Assembly: GCA_963785725.1 (NCBI GenBank)
Contig: CAWAWS010000022.1
Coordinates: 64,001-128,000, forward strand
Reading direction: 5' to 3'
DNA: 64,000 nt
From: an uncultured delta proteobacterium
GTDB taxonomy: Bacteria > Myxococcota_A > Polyangia > Palsa-1104
Position 1 is the first letter of the stretch. Each line of letters starts with the position of its first letter. Position numbers and translations under genes: made by a program. The notes under the pieces are model-generated. The model was not told where the DNA came from, did not search any database, and worked only from the letters and a program-made list of their open reading frames with translations. This document shows, piece after piece, positions 36,906-47,493 of this stretch.

Positions 36906-39465
36906 GCACCCGATAGAGGAACGAGAGCTGCGCCAAGCCGATCGGCAGGACGTGGTAGGTGACCTGGAAGGGCTGGCCCGGCTGCTTGGTGATCGCTCCG
37001 TCGACGCTGTGGCCGGGCAGCATGCTGTTGATGCCGATGAGCGTGCGCATTCCCTTGGGCACGTGACGCAGCGCCAGCGCGTTGGTGATGACGATGCCGT
37101 AGTCGATGCCCACGCCGCCGCCGAGCGCCCCACTCCCTTTGGCGACGAGCCGAGCGCCGGGGACGTAAGCGACGGCGCGATCGAGCGTGAAGCTTCGCCC
37201 TTGCAGGCGCGCATCGGCGACGCCGCGATAGAACGGCGAGTCGAGGATGTAGCCGTGCGCGTCGCGAATCGTCAGGGTTCCGAGGACGCCGCCCTGCGCG
37301 AAGCGACCGTCGACGCCGAGCTGGAAGCTGCCGCGCACGCGCCGCGCGAGCGGTGCGAACGCCGTGTAATCGAGGTAGTCGACGACCGCGGCCAGCTGGA
37401 ACGCCCGGCCGGCGATGCGACCGCTGATGCGGGCGGTGCCAGGCCCCGCTTGCAGCTCGGCCCGCAGCGCGAGCACTTCGTGGCCGGCGAGCCCGCCGTG
37501 GACCCGAATCGGCCAGGCGGGCTGCAGCTGCGGCCACAGCTGCTGCACCAGCGACGGCGAGAGCACGAGCTCCTGCACCGACGCGTCGATGTGACCGCCG
37601 CGATAGTGAAGCGCGCCGTACAAGTGGCTGTCACCGAGCCAGGCCGTCACGGTGCGCACGTCGACGTTCGCGCCCTCGGTCGCGAGCACGTGCGCCGTGG
37701 CGCGCAGCGTCCCGGCGATCGTCGCCGTCTCGACGCGAAGCGTGGCGTCGCCATTCTTGCCGACGAGCGCGACCTGCCCCGTCCACGGCCGCGGCAGCGG
37801 ACGGCCCACGAGGCGCGACACCAGCGCCCGCGACAGCCGCAGCGGCGCGGCGTGCACCGCGAGCTGCCGCTCGCCGAGCACGTAGCGCGCGTCGCCCTCG
37901 GCGTGGGCGCCCGCGAAGTCGGCGACGGCGTCTTTGACCTCGACGCGGCGGCCGGTCCAGGTCAAAAGGCCACGCGCGGAGAAGCGGCGACGCTTCCAGA
38001 TCCCCGAGAGCTGGCGGAATTGGATCGTCCGCTCGCGGCCGAGCCGCAGCTGCGGGGTGTCGGCGGCGATCGCCGAGAGCCGATGGCCGCCGACGTCGAG
38101 CGTGCCGCCGGCGACACGCGCGCGTCCGACCAAGGTCTGCCGCTCGAGCCGGCCGGTGAAGCGGGCGCTGCCGGAGACGCGCATCGCCGGCGCGCTGCCG
38201 ACGAGCCGCGCCGGCTGCACCGCCTGCGCGAACAGGCGCACGTCGCCGGCGCGCGACGGCAGGTTGATGCGCCCGTGATAGGCGAGCCGTGCCGCTTCCA
38301 GCCGCACCTGCCCGCGCACGTCGAGCGCCGATGCCGGGCCGTCGGCCGCGAGCGCGAGGTCGATCGGCGCCGCCGGTTGCAGGCGCACGAGCCGCGCCTC
38401 CGACGGCAGCAGATGCAGCTTCAGGCCCACGCGTAGCTGGCGCCGCGAGAACGAACCGCTGCCGTCGACGCGACTGCCGCCCACGACTGCGTGCAGCGTC
38501 GGGACGAGGATGAGGCCCGGGCGATACGCGAGCCGCGCGGCCAATCGGATCGGCCGGCGCGTGCCCGTGGCGTGCGCCTCGACGGTCGCGGTCCGGCGCG
38601 ACCGGTCGACGACGACGCGCAGCCGCATCGTCCGCCCGCGCTGCGCCGCGTCGACCGTGCTCGTGAGCGCCTGCTCGTCGCCTTCGAGGAGGCCATGCAG
38701 ACGCAGCGGGCCACGTCCACCGACGAGTCGCGTCGCCAGCGGCGCCGCGATCTCGAGCGCATCGACGTTGACCTCGAGATGCTCGGGCGAGTAATAGACC
38801 TGACCGTGGCCACGAAGCTGCCCCGGCCGCTCGACGGCAAAGCGGCTCCTGACCCACGTCGGCTGTCGTTCCGCCCAGCCGACGGCGCCGAAAGCGCACA
38901 CCGCGTTGCCGGCGACGCTGGCCGAGACGCGGCGCACGTCGAGGCGGGCGCTCGAGTGCAGCGTCGCCGTCCCGTCGACGCGCCTAAAGACGTGCTGCTT
39001 CCAGCTCACCCGCCCATCGTGCGCGATGATCAGCTTGACGAAGGTGTCGCGCGCCGGACCGCCCGAGTCGGCGCTCAGCCAGCGCGCGCGATCGAGCGCG
39101 ATCACGGGCTCGTCCACGCGCACCTCCTCGAGCTCGCGCCCGAACAGCAGACGCAGCGGCCGCCAGCGGGCCGCCATACGCGGCGCGTATCCGACGATGG
39201 CGCCGTCCGGGTTGCGCACGACGACGTCGTTCGCGCGTAGGCCCGTCCAAAGCCCGCCGTCGAGGCGGCCCACCGTCACCACGCCGGGCACGCGCTCGTT
39301 GAGCAGCCGAGTGAGCACCCGCTCGACGGTGCGATGGCCGTACGACGTGCGAATCCACAGCCGCGGCACGACGACGACCAGCGCGCCCGCCAGCGCGGCG
39401 CAACCAATCCCGAGCGCAAGCCAGCGGAGCCAAGGACGCACACCGCTTGCGAGTGCACGAACCAT
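36856..39465 (-). CDS. AsmA/TamB-like membrane-anchored beta-repeat protein (869 aa)
   Basis: N-terminal TM anchor then TSYGHR...VTVGRLDGGLWTGLRANDVVV typical of TamB N-termini; repeated Gly-rich beta-strands. Confidence 0.7.
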   Translation of the reverse strand: MVRALASGVRPWLRWLALGIGCAALAGALVVVVPRLWIRTSYGHRTVERVLTRLLNERVPGVVTVGRLDGGLWTGLRANDVVVRNPDGAIVGYAPRMAARWRPLRLLFGRELEEVRVDEPVIALDRARWLSADSGGPARDTFVKLIIAHDGRVSWKQHVFRRVDGTATLHSSARLDVRRVSASVAGNAVCAFGAVGWAERQPTWVRSRFAVERPGQLRGHGQVYYSPEHLEVNVDALEIAAPLATRLVGGRGPLRLHGLLEGDEQALTSTVDAAQRGRTMRLRVVVDRSRRTATVEAHATGTRRPIRLAARLAYRPGLILVPTLHAVVGGSRVDGSGSFSRRQLRVGLKLHLLPSEARLVRLQPAAPIDLALAADGPASALDVRGQVRLEAARLAYHGRINLPSRAGDVRLFAQAVQPARLVGSAPAMRVSGSARFTGRLERQTLVGRARVAGGTLDVGGHRLSAIAADTPQLRLGRERTIQFRQLSGIWKRRRFSARGLLTWTGRRVEVKDAVADFAGAHAEGDARYVLGERQLAVHAAPLRLSRALVSRLVGRPLPRPWTGQVALVGKNGDATLRVETATIAGTLRATAHVLATEGANVDVRTVTAWLGDSHLYGALHYRGGHIDASVQELVLSPSLVQQLWPQLQPAWPIRVHGGLAGHEVLALRAELQAGPGTARISGRIAGRAFQLAAVVDYLDYTAFAPLARRVRGSFQLGVDGRFAQGGVLGTLTIRDAHGYILDSPFYRGVADARLQGRSFTLDRAVAYVPGARLVAKGSGALGGGVGIDYGIVITNALALRHVPKGMRTLIGINSMLPGHSVDGAITKQPGQPFQVTYHVLPIGLAQLSFLYRVLTGRSSWSETRLPTHQ

Positions 39466-39617
39466 GCGTGGCGGATCTTCGAGAGTCGGCCGCACGATGG
39501 CGGCAGCCTGGAAGCGGCCGAGGCCATGGCCGACCGCACGCTCCCCCTCGGCGAGCGCTTCGGCACGCTGAGCACGCGCCGCCGCGGGCCGAAGAACGGT
39601 CGCGAGCGCGGATGGCG

Positions 39618-40673
39618 CTACAGCGCTTCGAGGTGGCGCTCGTAGACCTCGATCACCGTCACGACGAGCGCCACCACCAGCGGGCCCAAGAACAGGCCGG
39701 CGACGCCGAACGAGATGACGCCGCCGAAGACGCCGATGAACACCAGCAGCGGATGGAGCTGCAGGCCGCGCTTGGTCAACAGCGGACGCACGACGTTGTC
39801 GACGGCGCTGATGACAAGGATGCCGTAGATGGCGAGGCCAATCCCGCGCAGCCAGCCGTGGCCGAGCCCGACCGCGACCGACACCGGCAGCCACACGAGC
39901 GCCGGGCCGACGACCGGAACGAGCGCCGCGAACAGCGTCGCCGCGCCCCAGGTCAGCGGCATCGGCGCGCCGAACAGGAAGTAGCCCAGCATCGCCGCCA
40001 GCGCCTGCGCCAGCGCCGTCCCCAGGTTGCCGACGACGACGGCGACGCTGACGCGATGGAAGCGATCGAAGAACGTGTGCGTGTCGCGCGCCGGCAGCGG
40101 CACCAGCTTGACGAAGCGCGCGCGCCAGCGATCGCCGTCGAGAAAGAAGTAATAGAGCGCCACCGCCAGCAGGAACAGGCCGATGCCGATGTGCAGCGCG
40201 GCGCGGCTGAGCGCGGCCACGAACGTGCCGAGCTGGCCGACGATCTGCGGCGCCGCCGCCGCCAGCTTGGGCCGCAAGTCGGCCGCCGCCCGCTCGACGA
40301 CGGCGCGCAACGGCCCGAGGTGCGCCGCGAAGCGCTCGATCGACAGCGGCCCCTCGTGCTGCAGGCTGTGCGCGAGCTCGGTGCCTTCGGTGATCAGCCG
40401 CTGAATGACGATCGTCGCCAGCAGCACGATCGGGACCAAGATTCCGCCGAACGTCAGCCCGACGACGCACAAGCTCGCCATTCGGCGGCGGCCATGCAAC
40501 CGGCGCAGCAGCCAATGGAACAGCGGTGCGACCAGCGACGCCAACGCCGCCGCCAACAAGATCGACACCAGCACCGGTCGCACCGTGAGATACGCGACAT
40601 ACAGCAGCAAGAGGACGGCGAGCACCGTCACGATCTGCCCGCCGGTCGGCACCAACGAACGCGGCGGCGCCAT
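39618..40673 (-). CDS. AI-2E family transporter
   Basis: YYFFLDG, ALVPVVGPALVWLP, DNVVRP, LHPLLVFIGVFGG, GLFLGP. Confidence 0.93.
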   Translation of the reverse strand: MAPPRSLVPTGGQIVTVLAVLLLLYVAYLTVRPVLVSILLAAALASLVAPLFHWLLRRLHGRRRMASLCVVGLTFGGILVPIVLLATIVIQRLITEGTELAHSLQHEGPLSIERFAAHLGPLRAVVERAAADLRPKLAAAAPQIVGQLGTFVAALSRAALHIGIGLFLLAVALYYFFLDGDRWRARFVKLVPLPARDTHTFFDRFHRVSVAVVVGNLGTALAQALAAMLGYFLFGAPMPLTWGAATLFAALVPVVGPALVWLPVSVAVGLGHGWLRGIGLAIYGILVISAVDNVVRPLLTKRGLQLHPLLVFIGVFGGVISFGVAGLFLGPLVVALVVTVIEVYERHLEAL

Positions 40674-40764
40674 ATTCGTGGGCTCTGTCGTCGACGTCGG
40701 CACGCGGATCGGGGTCAAGCATTCCCCGCGCCATCGGGAATGAATCTGGCATTCCACCTCGGTC

Positions 40765-43227
<2,463 letters not shown>

Positions 43228-43311
43228 GCGGTGACGATCGAGGTCGGGCCGCGACGGTCCTTTCGGCTCGTTTGCCCTTCCGTCGGGCTGCCTAGCGACT
43301 AGGTAGGATGG

Positions 43312-44604
43312 GTGGCCACTCGCGATCGCTTCCGCTCGACGGTCGTGCTGCTCGTCGGCGCCATGTTCGCCGTCGTCGTCAGCTTCATCGGCTCCAGCGT
43401 CTACACGCGCCAGCGGCTCTCGCATACGGCGAACGCCCTAAGCGTCGCCACCAACGCGGCGCCGAGCATCCGCTATCTGACCGAGGCCCGCAGCAGCATG
43501 ACGAGCCTGGCGGTGCACGTCACCCGCGCGGCGTCGCTCGGCGAAGGCATCCCGGTGACGGGCGTGCCCGAGCGGCGGCTCCTACAGGCTTCGCTCGATG
43601 CTTACCTCGCGTTGCCGGTCTACGTCGGCGAAAGAGAGCAACAGGCGCGCCTCATGGCCACGCTGGGACAGCTCGATTGGCTGCTGATCGAAGTGCCCAA
43701 CCGGCTCACCAGCGACGGGATCTCCGGGCGCGCCTGGGTCTTCGACACGTTTCTCCCCGCCGTCCGCCGCGTCGACGACGCGCTCCGCGATCTCGTCGAC
43801 TTCAACGGCGTCCAGCTCGAGAACGACGCGCGCGCGATCCGGCGCAACGAGGTCCGCTACAACGCCATCGCTTACTCGCTCAATGGATTGAGCCTCGGGC
43901 TCGCCATCCTCGCGACGGCGCTGGTGTTGCGCGCCGTGCGCCGATTTTACCTGGTGCTGGAGAAGCGGTCGACGCAGCTCGAATACTTCGCCGTGCAGAT
44001 CGCGCACGACATCTTCAACCCGCTGACGCCCATCGCGGTGGCGCTGCGCTCGTCGCAGCGACGCGGCGAGCCGAGCGCCGTCCTCGAGCGCGCGCTGCGC
44101 GGCGTCGACCGGATCCAGCGCAACGTCGAGGGGCTGCTCGCCTTCGCGCAGGCGAGCACGGTCGTCGCCGACGCCGGCCCCGCCGGCATCGGCCCGGCGC
44201 TGGCCGAGGTCGTCGCCGACGCGCGCGGTCGCGGCGCGGCCCACGTCGTCGTCGAGCCGGTGGTCGATCGGCAGGTGGCGTGCAGCCCGCACGTGCTGCG
44301 GCGCATCCTGCGCGAAGTCGTCGGCTACGCGATCGACGCCGCCGCCGACGAGGTGCACGTGCGCGCCGAGCGCCGCCGCGGCGCCACGCGCCTCGAGGTC
44401 AGCTTCGCCGTGCCCGAAGGGCTGACCGATCCGTTCGGGCCGCGCATTCGCGGCGCCGACAGCGGCTATCCCGGCATCGACCTCGAGATGCCGACGGTGC
44501 GCCGCATGATCGAGGCGATCGGCGGCGCCACCGGCGTCATGATCCACCGCGCGCGCTGCATCCTTTGGGTACGCCTGCCCGAGCCGAGCGTGTCAGTTGG
44601 GTGA
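43312..44604 (+). CDS. Membrane sensor histidine kinase-like protein with a degenerate ATPase domain
   Basis: Two TMs around a helical periplasmic domain; H-box AHDIFNPL; N/G1/G2 boxes altered. Confidence 0.8.
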   Translation: MATRDRFRSTVVLLVGAMFAVVVSFIGSSVYTRQRLSHTANALSVATNAAPSIRYLTEARSSMTSLAVHVTRAASLGEGIPVTGVPERRLLQASLDAYLALPVYVGEREQQARLMATLGQLDWLLIEVPNRLTSDGISGRAWVFDTFLPAVRRVDDALRDLVDFNGVQLENDARAIRRNEVRYNAIAYSLNGLSLGLAILATALVLRAVRRFYLVLEKRSTQLEYFAVQIAHDIFNPLTPIAVALRSSQRRGEPSAVLERALRGVDRIQRNVEGLLAFAQASTVVADAGPAGIGPALAEVVADARGRGAAHVVVEPVVDRQVACSPHVLRRILREVVGYAIDAAADEVHVRAERRRGATRLEVSFAVPEGLTDPFGPRIRGADSGYPGIDLEMPTVRRMIEAIGGATGVMIHRARCILWVRLPEPSVSVG

Positions 44605-44943
44605 GCCGCAGTGCTGCTCGACCGTCGTCAAGAGCACGTCGATGTCGATCGGCTTGTTGAGGAGCCGGTGGCCGGTGGGCGGATGCGACCCCGCGTGCGC
44701 CGACTCGATGACGATCGACAGGTCGGCGAGCTCGGCTTCGGCGGCGACGGCGCGCAAGAATTGCCAGCCATCCATCACCGGCATCACCAGGTCCAACAGG
44801 ATGAGGCAGGGCCGTTTCTTGTCGAGGAGGATGCCGAGCGCTTCGCGACCGTTGGCGGCCGTCACGACCGTGTAACCACTGTCTACGAGCACGTCACGCA
44901 AGCACTCGCGGACGTCCTCGTCGTCGTCAACAACCAGTACCAT
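44593..44943 (-). CDS. Single-domain response regulator (receiver)
   Basis: VLVVDDD, LLDLVMPVMDG, ESA, NKP. Confidence 0.92.
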   Translation of the reverse strand: MVLVVDDDEDVRECLRDVLVDSGYTVVTAANGREALGILLDKKRPCLILLDLVMPVMDGWQFLRAVAAEAELADLSIVIESAHAGSHPPTGHRLLNKPIDIDVLLTTVEQHCGSPN

Positions 44944-45019
44944 GTCGGGTAAAATAGGTCCCGACAGGCGTCGGGCTAGTGGCGAGGTACTAGGAGGAAT
45001 CGGTGGGAGGATTGGCCGG

Positions 45020-47026
45020 TTGAGCGAGCTCAAGCTGTTCTCGGCGAGCATGCACCGCGTGGTCGCGGCGCTCTCGCACCGATTGACCGCCGAGGAGGTC
45101 GCCGACGGCGTCGTGCGCGAAGCGACGGCTGTCTTCGGCGCATCGGCGTGCATGGTCTCGCTGTTCGAGGAGGAGCGCAATCGCCTGCGCGTGCTGGCGT
45201 CCCACGGCTATCCGCCGAGTGTCGGCGAGCGCTGGTCGGGACGGCCGATGGAGGAGTTCCCGCTCGTGGCCGCGGTTCGTCGCGGCGAGGCGGTCTTCAC
45301 GTCGTCGCGCATGACGGATGCGCGCTTCGACGAGTCGCTGACCAACCAGTTCGGCGACGGCGCCGGCTTCCTCGTGCCGCTGCAGGCGGGCGGGCGCGTG
45401 ATCGGCGGCCTCGCCATGTCCTTCGACCACGTGCGCGAGTTCGCCGACGTCGACCGGCAGTTCATCATGAGCCTCGCCGGCCACTGCGCGCAGTCGCTCG
45501 AGCGCGCGCGGCTGTTCGAGGCGGCGCGCGCGGCGACCGAGGCCGCCGAGGCCGCGCGGCGCGAGCTCGAAGCCGTGCTGCACCAGCTGCCGATCGGCGT
45601 GTCGGTGGTGCGCGCCGACGGCCGCATCACGATCAACGAAGAGGCGCAGCGGATCTTCGGAACCAATGTCGGCGTCTCGACGATGGAGCGCGTCGCCGCC
45701 GTCTATCCGCCGCCGATGATGAAGCACCCCGACGGACGCGATTACGTCGCCGAGGAGGTGCCCATCGGGCGCGCCCTGCGCGGCGAGTCCGTCGTCGCCG
45801 AGGAGCTGCTCATGACCTGCAGCGACGGCTCCTTGCGGCGGGTCCGCATCAACGCCGCCCCCGTCCGCGGCGACGGCGGCCGAATCGCGGCCGCCGTCAT
45901 CGTCTTCTCCGACATCACGCGCGAGTCTGCGATCGCCGAGGATCTGCGCAAGCACGAGCGTCGCTATCGCGCCGTCTTGCGCGCCACCAACGACGTCATC
46001 TGGGAGGCCGACCCCGACACCCACGCGCTCGAGTGGAACGGCGCGCTCGAGCGCGTCTACGGCTATCGGCCCGAGGCCACCAACGCGCATCCGCAAGGCG
46101 GGATCGGCTGGTGGATCGACAACCTCCATCCCGACGATCGGGCGGAGGTGTTGGCGTCGTACGAGGCGGCGTCCCAGCGCGGCGACGAGACGTGGATCGC
46201 GGAGTATCGCCTGCGGCGCGCCGACGGCGTCTACGTGGCGACCTTCGATCGCTGCGTCTTCGAGCGCGACGACGCGGGCGCGCTCGTGCGGGTCGTCGGC
46301 GCCCTCACCGACGTCAGCGAGCAGCGCCGGCTGTTCGACGAGCTGCGCGACGCGGTGCGGGTGCGCGACGACTTCTTGTCGATCGCCGGTCACGAGCTGC
46401 GCACGCCGCTGGCGGCGCTGTCGGCCAACCTGCTCGGGCTGCGGATGCTGCCGCTCGACGACGCGCAGCGTGCGCAGAAGGTGGCCGCCGCCGAGCGGCA
46501 GACGCGGCGCCTGAATGCGCTGGTCGACGAGCTGCTCGACGTCTCGCGCATCGTCCACGGTAAGCTGCAGCTGCAGCACGACGACGTCGACCTGGCCACC
46601 GTCGTGCACGAAGCCGCGGCTCGGCTGCGCGAGGAGTTCCGCCGCGACGGCACGCCGCTCGTCGTCGACGCGGTGGGGCCGACGCATGGGCGTTGGGATT
46701 GGCTGCGCCTCGACCTCGTCGTCACCAACCTGCTCACCAACGCGCTGCGCTACGGCGAGCGCCGGCCGGTCCACGTGCGCGTCGACGCCGACGCCAAGCG
46801 CGCCCGCGTCACCGTCGTCGACGAGGGCATGGGCATTCGCGGCGAGGATCGCGAGCGCATCTTCGAGCGCTTCGCGCGCGCGGTGCCGGCGCGGCAGTTC
46901 GGCGGGCTCGGCGTCGGCCTGTGGCTGTCGCGGCAGATCGCCGAAGCCCACGGCGGCTCCTTGCGCGTCGTCAGCGCGCCCGGCGCCGGCTCCACCTTCA
47001 CGCTCGAGCTGCCGAGGAGGCCATGA
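45020..47026 (+). CDS. GAF-PAS-PAS sensor histidine kinase (start uncertain)
   Basis: GAF, two PAS/PAC, GHELRTPL, NLLTNALRY, DEGMG, GGLGVGL; TTG 45020 after GGAGG. Confidence 0.92.
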   Translation: MSELKLFSASMHRVVAALSHRLTAEEVADGVVREATAVFGASACMVSLFEEERNRLRVLASHGYPPSVGERWSGRPMEEFPLVAAVRRGEAVFTSSRMTDARFDESLTNQFGDGAGFLVPLQAGGRVIGGLAMSFDHVREFADVDRQFIMSLAGHCAQSLERARLFEAARAATEAAEAARRELEAVLHQLPIGVSVVRADGRITINEEAQRIFGTNVGVSTMERVAAVYPPPMMKHPDGRDYVAEEVPIGRALRGESVVAEELLMTCSDGSLRRVRINAAPVRGDGGRIAAAVIVFSDITRESAIAEDLRKHERRYRAVLRATNDVIWEADPDTHALEWNGALERVYGYRPEATNAHPQGGIGWWIDNLHPDDRAEVLASYEAASQRGDETWIAEYRLRRADGVYVATFDRCVFERDDAGALVRVVGALTDVSEQRRLFDELRDAVRVRDDFLSIAGHELRTPLAALSANLLGLRMLPLDDAQRAQKVAAAERQTRRLNALVDELLDVSRIVHGKLQLQHDDVDLATVVHEAAARLREEFRRDGTPLVVDAVGPTHGRWDWLRLDLVVTNLLTNALRYGERRPVHVRVDADAKRARVTVVDEGMGIRGEDRERIFERFARAVPARQFGGLGVGLWLSRQIAEAHGGSLRVVSAPGAGSTFTLELPRRP

Positions 47027-47400
47027 AACACGCGCTGCTTTTGATCGACGACGATGCCGACATCCGCGAGTCGTTCGCCGACCTCTTCGTCTATTCGGGC
47101 TGGGCCGTCGGTTGCGCCGCCGACGGCATCGAGGCGCTGGAGTGGCTGGCCGCGCACGAGCGGCCCGACGTCATCCTGCTCGACCTCAAGATGCCGCGCT
47201 GCGACGGCTACGAGTTTCGCGAGCGCCAGCTGACCGACCCGCGCTGGAAGGACATTCCGACGGTCATCTTCACCGCCGACACGCAGGTCGACGGCGCCGA
47301 CTTACCGTCGCTGCGCGGGGTCACCGTCGTGCGCAAGTCGGCGGAGCTGGCGCAGCTCTTGGCGGTCCTCGACCGCGCCTGCGCGCCCGCCGATCGCTGA
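47023..47400 (+). CDS. Single-domain response regulator (receiver)
   Basis: ATGA overlap; LLIDDD, LLDLKMP, FTA, RKS. Confidence 0.9.
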   Translation: MKHALLLIDDDADIRESFADLFVYSGWAVGCAADGIEALEWLAAHERPDVILLDLKMPRCDGYEFRERQLTDPRWKDIPTVIFTADTQVDGADLPSLRGVTVVRKSAELAQLLAVLDRACAPADR

Positions 47401-47493
47401 AACGGCGTGACGACGTATGCTGTCGGACCGAGCGGTTCGACCGGCGGCCGGCCTGCCTTCTTGCGGAGACGACCTATACTATGGGACCGAGCC

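Noticed and set aside
44941..44944. Two divergent genes starting on the same CATG
   Set aside because: Leaves no room for promoters; the kinase more plausibly starts at TTG 45020 or ATG 45050
47475..47480. TATACT as a sigma-70 promoter for the hybrid kinase
   Set aside because: Good -10 hexamer but no correctly spaced -35 element; not supportable from sequence alone
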